Virus record (IMG/VR): IMGVR_UViG_2897113856_000001
Location: 4,455-68,454 of that record
Origin: a virus
Taxonomy: Duplodnaviria > Caudoviricetes
Length of the DNA: 64,000 nucleotides
Strand: one strand, 5' to 3'
In this document: in pieces, positions 38,466 to 47,764 of the stretch
How positions within the stretch are numbered: the first letter of the stretch is position 1
Layout: the number at the start of each line of letters is the position of its first letter
Notes under the pieces: generated by a model
Told to the model about the DNA's origin: nothing
Seen by the model: the letters and a program-made list of their open reading frames with translations, nothing else
The model's database searches: none
Translations under genes and position numbers: made by a program

Positions 38466-39557
38466 ATGTCAAAAATTTTATCAGGTGAATTAGTAGGTAA
38501 GAAGGAATCCGTTGTAGATGAGATTTTACTTTTAAATGAACACCAAACGCCTTTGTTGAATCTATTAGGATTTAGCGATCCGGTTACTCAAGTCGAGCAC
38601 CAATGGTTCGAGGACGAAATGATTGCAGATGAGTCCAGAGTCGTCGGAGCAAAAACTAACGCGGACACTGAGGTAGAAGTAGCAGACGCAGAACCTTTCC
38701 GTTCTGATCAAGTTGTTAAGATCGGCGACGAACTACTTAAAGTTGTAGCGGTTAATGGAACTAAATTGACTGTTGTACGGGGATATGCCGGAACAACTGC
38801 GGAAGCTATCGAAGACGGTGCGGTTATCCAAGTACAATTCGTTGAAGGTCGAGAAGGTGCTGACGCACGCGACGCTAAGTACAAGCCAAGAAAACGCGTA
38901 TCTAACATCACACAAATCTTCGACGAAACAATTTCAATTACTGGTACCGCGGCAGCAGTAAGTAACTACGGCATCGACAACCTGTACGAGTACGAGAAGC
39001 AGAAGAAACAGCTTGAACTGGCGTTACAGCTTGAAAAAGCCGCAATTAGCGGTATCAAGTACGAATCACCAGACGGGATCGTTCGTCAGATGGAAGGTAT
39101 GCGCCAATTTATCAAAACTAATGTAATCGATGCACAAAATTCCGCACTAACTGACGAAAAAGTTAACGATGCTATGCAGAAAATCTACGAAAAAGGCGGG
39201 TTTACAACGGGCGGTGCGTTTAAGATTATGGTTGGCGCAAAACAAAAACGTGCGATCTCAAACTTCGATAAATCTCAAATCCGCCTGACTCGCGCAGACA
39301 ATGGCCGCGGACAGGTCGTTGATCACTTCGTTTCTGACTTCGGCCAAGCGGAAATTCTTTTGAACAACAACCTAAATGCAGATGAGTTGTTTATCTTCGA
39401 CGCAAACCGTACTGAAATCAGACCTCTTGCAGATCGAGGATTCTTCCACGAATACCTTGGCAAGAAAGGCGATTACTACGAAGGGCAAGTCGTCGGTGAA
39501 TATACACTTCAATTCCTACAAGAAAAAGCACACGCACGAATCAAAGGATTAGCGTAA
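38466..39557 (+). CDS. Major capsid protein (SU10/DUF5309-like)
   Basis: HQWFED, NITQIF, EYTL; biased codon usage; flanking terminators. Confidence 0.85.
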   Translation: MSKILSGELVGKKESVVDEILLLNEHQTPLLNLLGFSDPVTQVEHQWFEDEMIADESRVVGAKTNADTEVEVADAEPFRSDQVVKIGDELLKVVAVNGTKLTVVRGYAGTTAEAIEDGAVIQVQFVEGREGADARDAKYKPRKRVSNITQIFDETISITGTAAAVSNYGIDNLYEYEKQKKQLELALQLEKAAISGIKYESPDGIVRQMEGMRQFIKTNVIDAQNSALTDEKVNDAMQKIYEKGGFTTGGAFKIMVGAKQKRAISNFDKSQIRLTRADNGRGQVVDHFVSDFGQAEILLNNNLNADELFIFDANRTEIRPLADRGFFHEYLGKKGDYYEGQVVGEYTLQFLQEKAHARIKGLA

Positions 39558-39611
39558 TCAACGGCCCGCAAATCGCGGGCCTATTTATTTTGACAGAGGT
39601 GTTGTGGAAAA

Positions 39612-39824
39612 ATGGCGGAATTCAAATCGAAATATCCCGAACTCGGGTTTTACGTGGGCGACGTATTTAAGTCGTTCAAAAACGGTGTATTTAAAACTGA
39701 AGAACCGGACGAAATCAAAGTCCTGTCCGAACTGGCAGACGTAACTCGGATCGACAAACCAACGGAGGAAGACGCGCCTAAGCCGGCAGCGAAGAAACAA
39801 ACGCGTAAATCCTCCGCAAAATAA
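39612..39824 (+). CDS. Small virion-associated protein
   Basis: Position after MCP. Confidence 0.6.
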   Translation: MAEFKSKYPELGFYVGDVFKSFKNGVFKTEEPDEIKVLSELADVTRIDKPTEEDAPKPAAKKQTRKSSAK

Positions 39825-39838
39825 CAGGAGGTGGCGAT

Positions 39839-40225
39839 ATGACAGTAAGCGTCGAGGGTGCTGACGAATATATCAACAGTTTTACGGTAGATAACGAAGA
39901 TTGGAACGATTCTGATCACGAAAGGAAGCAACGGATCTTAAACGTTGCTGATGACGTTCTCGTCCGTAAATTTCCCGACTATAAAATACCGGCTGACGCA
40001 GTATACGAATTCGCGAACGTGCTGGCAATTGCCTATAACGACACGAACCGTCTGAACAAACAAGGAATTGCGTCGTTCTCTTTGACCGGTGTGGCGTCGT
40101 TTAACTTTAAAGATACGATGAAAGTCGATGATGAATCGTTAATTCCGAAAAAGACGCTTGATCTGATCGGAGAAGAAAACGGTGTGAAGCTCGGCGGACG
40201 TCGTATTCAATGGACGGTGTTGTAG
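39839..40225 (+). CDS. Head-tail adaptor
   Basis: SVEGADEYI pattern, position. Confidence 0.6.
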   Translation: MTVSVEGADEYINSFTVDNEDWNDSDHERKQRILNVADDVLVRKFPDYKIPADAVYEFANVLAIAYNDTNRLNKQGIASFSLTGVASFNFKDTMKVDDESLIPKKTLDLIGEENGVKLGGRRIQWTVL

Positions 40226-40564
40226 ATGGCTATCGTTCCTATGAGGCAGACCATTACGGTGGAGCGTGACAGTTCCGGAGAGTTCGATTCGTGGGGCAAT
40301 CCAATAAAAATCGAACCGTTCGCAGTCAAGTGCCGTGTCGACGAGGGCTCTCGAATCAGTTTATCGCGATCGTCTGGCGTCATTAAAAGCGAAGAGTCCG
40401 TCGCCACTGCGAGAATTCTAGTCGATAAACTGGCAGATATTCGGTACTCAGATACGATCTTATTTACGAATGAACTCGGGGAGACAATTGCGAGAAAGCC
40501 GAAAGAGATCAACGTAAGAAGGCACGTATCCGGAAAGCCAATTCTGACGGAGGTGATCGTTTGA
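40226..40564 (+). CDS. Head closure protein
   Basis: DSWGNP motif, position. Confidence 0.6.
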   Translation: MAIVPMRQTITVERDSSGEFDSWGNPIKIEPFAVKCRVDEGSRISLSRSSGVIKSEESVATARILVDKLADIRYSDTILFTNELGETIARKPKEINVRRHVSGKPILTEVIV

Positions 40565-40971
40565 GTTTTGATTTCGACGCAAGCGATTTCCTTAATCGAC
40601 TGAACCGAACTGAACACGGCGCAGAGCAGGCGGCAGTCCGAGCGATGGAGGACAATACCGATGATCTCGCTCGTATCGCCCAAAACATCGCACCTATCGA
40701 TAAGGCGACACTTCGTAGAGGGATGCAGAAGAAGGTAAAACTATCGCGAGATCGGTTGATTGGCGAAGTATCCTTCCGTGCAGTAGAAAACGGATTTAAC
40801 TACGCAATTTGGACGCACGAAGCCGATTACAATCTCGGACCTACATCCGCACAAGCCGGTGGAACGGACGGATATACGGTCGGTAACAAGTACCTTGAGC
40901 GTCCGTTAAAAGGAGAGGCCGAAAAGTATATACGGAACGTCGCAGAGGCCGTAAGAGAGGAGTTGAGGTAG
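40561..40971 (+). CDS. HK97 gp10-like neck protein
   Basis: APIDKATLR, YAIWTHE, KYLERP. Confidence 0.75.
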   Translation: MSFDFDASDFLNRLNRTEHGAEQAAVRAMEDNTDDLARIAQNIAPIDKATLRRGMQKKVKLSRDRLIGEVSFRAVENGFNYAIWTHEADYNLGPTSAQAGGTDGYTVGNKYLERPLKGEAEKYIRNVAEAVREELR

Positions 40972-40974
40972 ACG

Positions 40975-41349
40975 TTGAAGATACTCGAATTAATATCGTT
41001 CATTAAATCGCGGGTTCCTGGCGTTTACTTTCCGAACAGATTCCCTCGCGAAGCACCTGACGAATGTATTTCCGTAAAACTGACCGGCGGTTTTCCGACA
41101 TCGCAATGGACCGGGAAAAAGCAGCCGTCTTTTCAGATACTTGTAAGAGGACGCGCAGCAGGCGAACAGGATTGCGAAGATAAAGCTTACGAGCTTTTTA
41201 ACTCGCTCACTAATTTGAAAGAGGTAATGATCGGCGAGAATTCAGTTGTCATTATTCGCGCTACTACTTCAGTCCCGTTGTTTATTGGATACGACGACAA
41301 CAATCGTCCTCAATACTCTTTGAATTTTGATTGCGTGATACGCCCCTAA
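40975..41349 (+). CDS. Tail terminator/minor capsid-type protein
   Basis: QILVRG..DDNNRPQYSLNF. Confidence 0.65.
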   Translation: MKILELISFIKSRVPGVYFPNRFPREAPDECISVKLTGGFPTSQWTGKKQPSFQILVRGRAAGEQDCEDKAYELFNSLTNLKEVMIGENSVVIIRATTSVPLFIGYDDNNRPQYSLNFDCVIRP

Positions 41350-41387
41350 TCAGGGGCTTTTTATTTTGAATATAAGGGGGAAATTGC

Positions 41388-41933
41388 ATGGCGGCAGGAA
41401 TTAGAGGTATTAACGTACCGATCGGCCCAGCAATTGTTGAGTATGGCGAAGGCGCCGATATGGTTACCTACGACATCACTAAGGGCGGAATTCAGTTTAA
41501 GGTTCAAACATCAAAGCAAGACACCACGGTCGATCAATACGGAGACACAATCGTTAAGTCTACGATGAAGGGGAGGACCGCAGAAGTCACGATCCCTTTC
41601 GCTCTACATGACCTCGATAGACTTGCGGTAGCCATTCCGAACAGTCGGTTGGTGACCGATGGTACCGATTCGACAAAGAAAAAGCTAGTTGTTAGCGGTA
41701 AGGCGGGATTCGACATGCTCGCAGCCGCAAAGAAACTCGTTATTAAGCCGACGGCACCTTCGACAACGCCGAACGATTATATCACAATTCCGTTAGCAGG
41801 CGCAGTAGCTGATCCGGAGTACACTTACGATTCAGACAACGAACGGATTGCGAATCTGACCTTTGTCGCATATCCGGATACGGATAACGATGGAGACTTG
41901 TTCATTATGGGAGACGAATCCGCAGCAGAATAA
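41388..41933 (+). CDS. Major tail protein
   Basis: Size, position, flanking terminators. Confidence 0.75.
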   Translation: MAAGIRGINVPIGPAIVEYGEGADMVTYDITKGGIQFKVQTSKQDTTVDQYGDTIVKSTMKGRTAEVTIPFALHDLDRLAVAIPNSRLVTDGTDSTKKKLVVSGKAGFDMLAAAKKLVIKPTAPSTTPNDYITIPLAGAVADPEYTYDSDNERIANLTFVAYPDTDNDGDLFIMGDESAAE

Positions 41934-41990
41934 CCGAGAGACATCGCTTAACCGCGGTGTCTTTTTTATTTAAGAGAAAGGAGATGTTTT

Positions 41991-42359
41991 ATGAAACTGT
42001 TCACCAAAAAAGATCCTGAGCAACTTTATTTCGGTGATTATCCGGTCGAGATTCCGAAGCTCACACCGAAGAAGTGGAAGCAATTATTCGGGGCCGTCGA
42101 TAAGCTGCCCGGAATTATCGTTCAAGTTCTAAGCGCGCCTCCGGAAGACTTTTACTCGTACGTAGTCACCGGGCTCGAAGTAGGACTCGATGAGATCGTC
42201 GGAATTGTCTCGGCACTGAGCGATGTTGACGCGGATTACATTTCAGAAAACGTTGGGGCAGACGAGATGTTCGAATACCTCGCCTTAACGGTTAAGAAAA
42301 ACCGGTTGTCTTCGATGGCAAAAAACGTGAAAAGCCTTCTTCCGAACCTCGGCGAGTAG
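41991..42359 (+). CDS. Tail assembly chaperone (gpG-like)
   Basis: Between MTP and TMP; slippery A-AAA-AAC at 42320-42326. Confidence 0.8.
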   Translation: MKLFTKKDPEQLYFGDYPVEIPKLTPKKWKQLFGAVDKLPGIIVQVLSAPPEDFYSYVVTGLEVGLDEIVGIVSALSDVDADYISENVGADEMFEYLALTVKKNRLSSMAKNVKSLLPNLGE

Positions 42360-42694
42360 GCGAAGAAGAGGGCGTCTCATATACGATCGAAGACTACTTA
42401 ATAGATGCGGCTATTATTCTCGGAGTCACTCAGCGCGAGATTGAAAACGATTATTACATGGTTGATATTCCGAAGCTTATTCGCGCCAAGGCAAAGCAAA
42501 GCGCAATTAGACGCCTTGAGGAAGTCCGTATCGCCCTCGCTACGAATAACCGATCAAGTGAGGACGAAGATTTCAAGTCGCTAATGAACGGGCTTACGAG
42601 AACAGCAGGAATCGAAAACGCTAATCACTTCGATAGAGAAAAATTCGAACAATTACGCATGATGCAAGCAGCTTTTCGGAAAGGAGGTAACTAG
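42326..42694 (+). CDS. -1 frameshift extension of tail chaperone (gpGT-like)
   Basis: -1 frame is open from the slippery site into ORF 42458-42694. Confidence 0.75.
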   Translation, partial: REKPSSEPRRVGEEEGVSYTIEDYLIDAAIILGVTQREIENDYYMVDIPKLIRAKAKQSAIRRLEEVRIALATNNRSSEDEDFKSLMNGLTRTAGIENANHFDREKFEQLRMMQAAFRKGGN

Positions 42695-45511
42695 ATGGCC
42701 GGAGCAACAGTCGGAGAAATACGTGCCCGTTTGATTCTCGATATGGCCGATTGGTCTAAAAAATCCGATCAAGCAAAGAGCGACATGTCGGAGATGGGGA
42801 AATCGTCTAAAAATCTATCGAAAGATATGGGCCAGATACAAAAGGCGTCGCTGGCCGTCGGCGGTGCGGTAGTCGCCGGTATCGGAGCATCCGTCAAGAC
42901 TGCGGCAGACTTCGAAGCGGCCATGTCGAACGTTAAGGCGATCAGCGGCGCGACCGGTCAGGAATTCGAAGATTTAAAGAACATCGCGTCTAAGATGGGC
43001 GCTGAAACGAAATTTACAGCGGTAGAGGCGGCGGAGGGACTCCAATTTTTAGCAATGGCGGGCTTCAGTGTAAAGGAACAAGTCGGATCATTACCGGCCG
43101 TCCTTAACCTGGCGTCTGCTTCTAACGAAAGCCTCGGGCGGTCAGCCGATATTGTTTCGAACATCATGACGGGCTTCGGAATCAAAGCGGAAGAGTCCGG
43201 ACATGCGGTCGATGTGCTTGTTAAAGCGATGACGACGGCGAATACGGACCTCGGCCAATTGGGCGACGCCATGAAATACGTGGCCCCGGTCGCAAACGGA
43301 CTAGGCTATTCGATAGAAGATACGGCCGCAGCTGTCGCGAAAATGTCAGACGCCGGTATTCAGGGATCGATGGCGGGTACCGCGCTAAGGGCGACGCTAT
43401 TGCATTTGTCAAATCCGGTAGGGCAGACGGCGAAGGCGGTCAAAAAGTACAATCTCGAATTGGAAGACGCCAACGGAAACTTAAAGTCGCTACCGGAATT
43501 GATCGGATACATTTCGAAGAACCTCGAAGGAATGTCAGACGCACAAAAAACGGCAACAGCGGCTCAGCTCGTCGGGACGGAAGCTGCGTCCGGTTTCGTA
43601 ACGTTGCTTGGCGTTGGCGAAAAAGGACTGCGAGATTATTCTAACGCACTAAAGAACGCTGGCGGGACGGCTGATCGCGTAGCCAAGACGCAAATGGATA
43701 ACCTGAAAGGCTCCTTCGAAAAGTTTAAGAGTGCGCTCGACGGGCTCGGCATCAAGATCGGTAATGAGTTTTTGCCTACTTTCCGAAAAATTGTAGACGA
43801 GGGAACGAAAATACTCGATTTCCTTAACAAGTTGAATCCGGGAATTATCACGACAGGACTCGAAATGGCGGGGACAGCGGCGGCGATTGCACTTGTCGCG
43901 GCTTCAGCCGTTAAGCTCGGTGTTGCGTTAAAAGGCCTTTTCGTCTCAATGGGGCCTGCCGGTTGGGTCATAGCTGGGCTATCGATTATCGGCGGCTTGT
44001 TGGTTGGTGTTGTAGAGGGATATGACGCTATGAATACTGTCAGCTTAGAGGCAGCAGAAACCAAACAAAAAGAGATCGAATCGATCGAAAGCCTAGCGTC
44101 GGAGTTCGACAAACTTAAAAACAAGACGAAATTGACTGCAGATGAATTTGCTCGCTATCTTGACATAAATGATCAATTAAAGACCGAGACAGATCCGGAT
44201 GTTATTAAGAGACTTAAAGATGAGCAAGCGGACCTCAAGAAAAATTCCGGTTTAACAAATAACAAATTTGATCGGTTTTTAAAGCTGAACGATGAGGTAA
44301 TTAAAAAGTCACCGGATACAGAGGCGGCAATCAGCTCTCAGGGAAATGCAGTCGCCAAGAATACAAATGCTCTAAAAGCGTTGAACGCGGAAAAAGCCGA
44401 AGAACTCCGATTAGAGCTTGAGAAACAGAAAAACCTTGCAGAGAAAAACTACGATAAGAACTTAGAAAAGCAGAGAAATATTCAAAAAGAAATCAACGGA
44501 CTCACAAAAGAGCGGCAGAAACTGGAGGCTGATGTCAAAGCTCAATTGGACATCATAGAGTCAACTGAGCAGAAGATTACTCAAGCTAAATTAGACGGAA
44601 ATCAGAAAGAAGTTGCCTCCCAAGAAACCGTTCTCGGCGTTCAAAAAGGGACATTGGCAACCCTCCGCGGGCAGTTAGATACGATTTACGGGAAAATCAG
44701 CGCTAAGAATACTGAGTTAAACAAAGTTAACGAAGAGCTTGGAAAGCTGGATACCATCAAACAAAAGATGGTCGACCTCGAACTCCGTCAGGTAGGTTTG
44801 AACGCGAAAAAAGGCGAAGGCGTCAACGTTCTCAATAGGGAAATCGCCAAACTTAAAGATGCGAAAGCCAATCTCGAAAACAACACGACTGCTGCGGACA
44901 AAAAGACGAAGGAGTATCGTGATTCAGTTAAAGCGATCGATAAAGAAATCGCGCAGCTTCAGGCGGCAAAGTCGAAGGTCCAGGACATCACCAAAGAAGC
45001 CGAAAACATGAACGAAAAGCTGGCGCGAAGGATCAATAAAAAGATCCACGTCACTTACAGCGCGGACGGATCGGAAATCGAAGAGAGCGCGGAGACATTC
45101 AAGAAGACGCACGGAAAAGGCGGACGTGAAACTCCGTATCATATCGGCGGCATCGTCGGACGCGGTCAGATAAATAAGCTCCATACCGGTGGCCTTGCGT
45201 CTAAGTTCGAAAATGCTCCGATGAGCCACGAAGTAGACATCCGGGCACTACGGAACGAAATGGTCCTGACGGAAGCACAGCAGGCGAATTTAATGCGGAT
45301 GATTGACGCAGGCCATACGGCGGCAGTTGGAAGCCAGGTCGGAGCCTCACCGGAAGTATTGGCGGCGCTCACGTCTATCGAAAGAGCCATCCGCAACAGT
45401 GACGGAAAAGTGATCGTGATGAATGACGAGGTTGTCGGGCGCTTGGTGGAGCCGTATGTGAGCCGTCAGCAAGCCGAAGAAATAGGCGTCTTGAGCGCGT
45501 TTAATAATTAA
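42695..45511 (+). CDS. Tape measure protein (TP901 family)
   Basis: FEAAMSNVKAISGATG, GIQGSMAGTALR, long coiled coil. Confidence 0.92.
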   Translation: MAGATVGEIRARLILDMADWSKKSDQAKSDMSEMGKSSKNLSKDMGQIQKASLAVGGAVVAGIGASVKTAADFEAAMSNVKAISGATGQEFEDLKNIASKMGAETKFTAVEAAEGLQFLAMAGFSVKEQVGSLPAVLNLASASNESLGRSADIVSNIMTGFGIKAEESGHAVDVLVKAMTTANTDLGQLGDAMKYVAPVANGLGYSIEDTAAAVAKMSDAGIQGSMAGTALRATLLHLSNPVGQTAKAVKKYNLELEDANGNLKSLPELIGYISKNLEGMSDAQKTATAAQLVGTEAASGFVTLLGVGEKGLRDYSNALKNAGGTADRVAKTQMDNLKGSFEKFKSALDGLGIKIGNEFLPTFRKIVDEGTKILDFLNKLNPGIITTGLEMAGTAAAIALVAASAVKLGVALKGLFVSMGPAGWVIAGLSIIGGLLVGVVEGYDAMNTVSLEAAETKQKEIESIESLASEFDKLKNKTKLTADEFARYLDINDQLKTETDPDVIKRLKDEQADLKKNSGLTNNKFDRFLKLNDEVIKKSPDTEAAISSQGNAVAKNTNALKALNAEKAEELRLELEKQKNLAEKNYDKNLEKQRNIQKEINGLTKERQKLEADVKAQLDIIESTEQKITQAKLDGNQKEVASQETVLGVQKGTLATLRGQLDTIYGKISAKNTELNKVNEELGKLDTIKQKMVDLELRQVGLNAKKGEGVNVLNREIAKLKDAKANLENNTTAADKKTKEYRDSVKAIDKEIAQLQAAKSKVQDITKEAENMNEKLARRINKKIHVTYSADGSEIEESAETFKKTHGKGGRETPYHIGGIVGRGQINKLHTGGLASKFENAPMSHEVDIRALRNEMVLTEAQQANLMRMIDAGHTAAVGSQVGASPEVLAALTSIERAIRNSDGKVIVMNDEVVGRLVEPYVSRQQAEEIGVLSAFNN

Positions 45512-45528
45512 TGGCGGGAGGTGGTTGC

Positions 45529-46371
45529 GTGGAAAAAATCCCGATAACAGACAGCAATTTTAAGATCGTTTACGATAACGGGTCCACCGTCGATATGGCG
45601 AGGGACCTTTCTGTTTTAGTTCGAAGCTTTGTTCCGGGTGCGCCGTCTCCTAACATTTATTATGAAAAAATCGAAGGGACAAACGGCAGCATCAGGACGG
45701 GAAAAGATTTCGGAATACGGTCGATCAAAGCAGAATGCCGCCTGTTTGCCGAAGATACGGACGATTTCTTCTTGCTGCGGAACAAAATCGTAGCGGCACT
45801 TTACAAGCAGACGCAATTCTATGTCATTGTAGAATCGGAGCCGTATAAGCGGTGGAAAGTCGAAGTAAGCTCGTCTTTTGACGTTGACCGTATCGGAACA
45901 ATCGGGGACTTTAATATTCAGTTTGACTGCGCGGACGGCTTCGCGGAATCTCTTGGCACGACACTCGATCCGTTCACGTTTGACGCGAATAGGTGGCTTT
46001 TGGGAGAGGGGCTCACCGATACCGTCCCTTCATATACACACAAGACTACGTCGTTCTCAATCTATAACGCAGGAGATATTCCGATAGATCCGGTTGAGAT
46101 GCCCCTAATCATTGCATATAAAGGCGGTTCTTCCAATCTAACTATTACGAATCAGACAACGGGGGATGTGTGGAAATACAGTGGGACAATGTCGTCGGGA
46201 GACACAATCGTTCTCAATCGGGTTCGAGCTACTAAAAACAATATTAGTATATTCGGGAATACGAATCGGAAGTTTATAACACTTGCTCCGGGATGGAATC
46301 ACTTCAAGTTGAGCGGAACGTCCGGGAGCTTCGAAGTGTCTTTTAATTTCCGTTTTTACTACGCATCGTGA
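45529..46371 (+). CDS. Distal tail protein
   Basis: Follows TMP; FITLAPGWN..FRFYY. Confidence 0.8.
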   Translation: MEKIPITDSNFKIVYDNGSTVDMARDLSVLVRSFVPGAPSPNIYYEKIEGTNGSIRTGKDFGIRSIKAECRLFAEDTDDFFLLRNKIVAALYKQTQFYVIVESEPYKRWKVEVSSSFDVDRIGTIGDFNIQFDCADGFAESLGTTLDPFTFDANRWLLGEGLTDTVPSYTHKTTSFSIYNAGDIPIDPVEMPLIIAYKGGSSNLTITNQTTGDVWKYSGTMSSGDTIVLNRVRATKNNISIFGNTNRKFITLAPGWNHFKLSGTSGSFEVSFNFRFYYAS

Positions 46372-46372
46372 G

Positions 46373-47752
46373 GTGGGGTTTTTGAAAGAATTATATGTTC
46401 GCAGCATTCTCGGGCAAGAGGAAGCGCTCACTAAGTATACCGTGACAAGAAAGTGCGGTCTAAACAGTGAAAAGTATATCGATGTTACCGTCATTAAGCA
46501 TGAGACTAACGAACATTCATTTCCTTTGGTTCAGCCGGAGAATTTTTTGATCTACGAAGGAGAAGAATATGTCATCCGTCCAATAAATGCTTCCGTTCGA
46601 GCGGTGAAAGTGAAAGGCATTCACCGCATGTTTATCGATCTTGCTGACGTCTATATTTACGAAGTCGAGGAGAAAGAAAAGGAATATACGATCGAAGAAG
46701 CTCTAAATATCGCACTGAAAGGGACCGAATACAATTACAAAGTTGATAAGACCGGATTGCCTTCTACAATCAAAGTTTCGAATTTTGGAGACAACTTTTC
46801 GCTCGATCTTTTGAAGACGATCGTCTCGGAGTTTGGCGCGGAGTTTGATTGTGCTGGCCGAACGATTTATATTGCGAAACAGATTGCGAGATACACAGAT
46901 CATCAGATACGACACAGACTTAATGCAGCCAATCCATCGAAAGAGATCGATACAAGCCAACTTAAAACGTTTATCAAAGGATTCGGTAAAAAAGACGAAA
47001 AAACTGGAACTTACGCGGTCACAGCGGAATATACGAGTCCGCTAGCGAGCATTTACGGGATTCGCCACGCGGCCCCTGTTCGCGGCGATAAGTATACGGA
47101 AAAGAACAAGGACCAGTTGATTGCGCAAATGAAGAAAGAACTTCATGACCAGATCGATATTTCAATCACGCTAACATATGTCGAGCTTTCTGAACTCGGT
47201 GTTCAAGATATACGGCTAGGAGATTACGTCTGGTGCATCCTAGATCCGTTAGATATTGACGTACAGATACGCGTCGTAGAAGTCGAGGATTATTCTGATC
47301 CGTTAAAATCTCCGAAATTCACATTCGGAAGTATTGTCCGGAAGGCCCCGAGTATAGTCGCGTCCTTTAAAAAGTCGCAGAAGACGCTTTCTAAAATTGT
47401 CGATCCTCAGACCGGCAAGATACGAGAGGGATCAATCAAAATAGGCAGCGGCACCTCATTCGATCCTGGGTACGATCCGACGTTGATAAACATTCCGCAG
47501 TACGGACTGGCGTCGGCGAATTCGGATGGGTTAATGAGTTCGTCTGATTTCGTAAAACTGGCGAACATTCTAGTCGGTCCAGACGGTCAGGTATTGGTCG
47601 CGCTAGCTTCGGATACTAACGACGGGTTAATGAGTAAGGTAGACTTCGCAAAGTTGAAACGGATTAAGATGCCAGTGTCTGGCGACGTCGACATGCAGTC
47701 GATTTTAGATCGATTAACAGCGCTTGAACAGGAAGTCGGAGGACAAGGATAA
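46373..47752 (+). CDS. Tail hub/prophage endopeptidase-like protein
   Basis: YTSPLASIYGIRHA; GLMSxxDFxKL repeats. Confidence 0.75.
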   Translation: MGFLKELYVRSILGQEEALTKYTVTRKCGLNSEKYIDVTVIKHETNEHSFPLVQPENFLIYEGEEYVIRPINASVRAVKVKGIHRMFIDLADVYIYEVEEKEKEYTIEEALNIALKGTEYNYKVDKTGLPSTIKVSNFGDNFSLDLLKTIVSEFGAEFDCAGRTIYIAKQIARYTDHQIRHRLNAANPSKEIDTSQLKTFIKGFGKKDEKTGTYAVTAEYTSPLASIYGIRHAAPVRGDKYTEKNKDQLIAQMKKELHDQIDISITLTYVELSELGVQDIRLGDYVWCILDPLDIDVQIRVVEVEDYSDPLKSPKFTFGSIVRKAPSIVASFKKSQKTLSKIVDPQTGKIREGSIKIGSGTSFDPGYDPTLINIPQYGLASANSDGLMSSSDFVKLANILVGPDGQVLVALASDTNDGLMSKVDFAKLKRIKMPVSGDVDMQSILDRLTALEQEVGGQG

Positions 47753-47764
47753 AGGAGGAGACAG

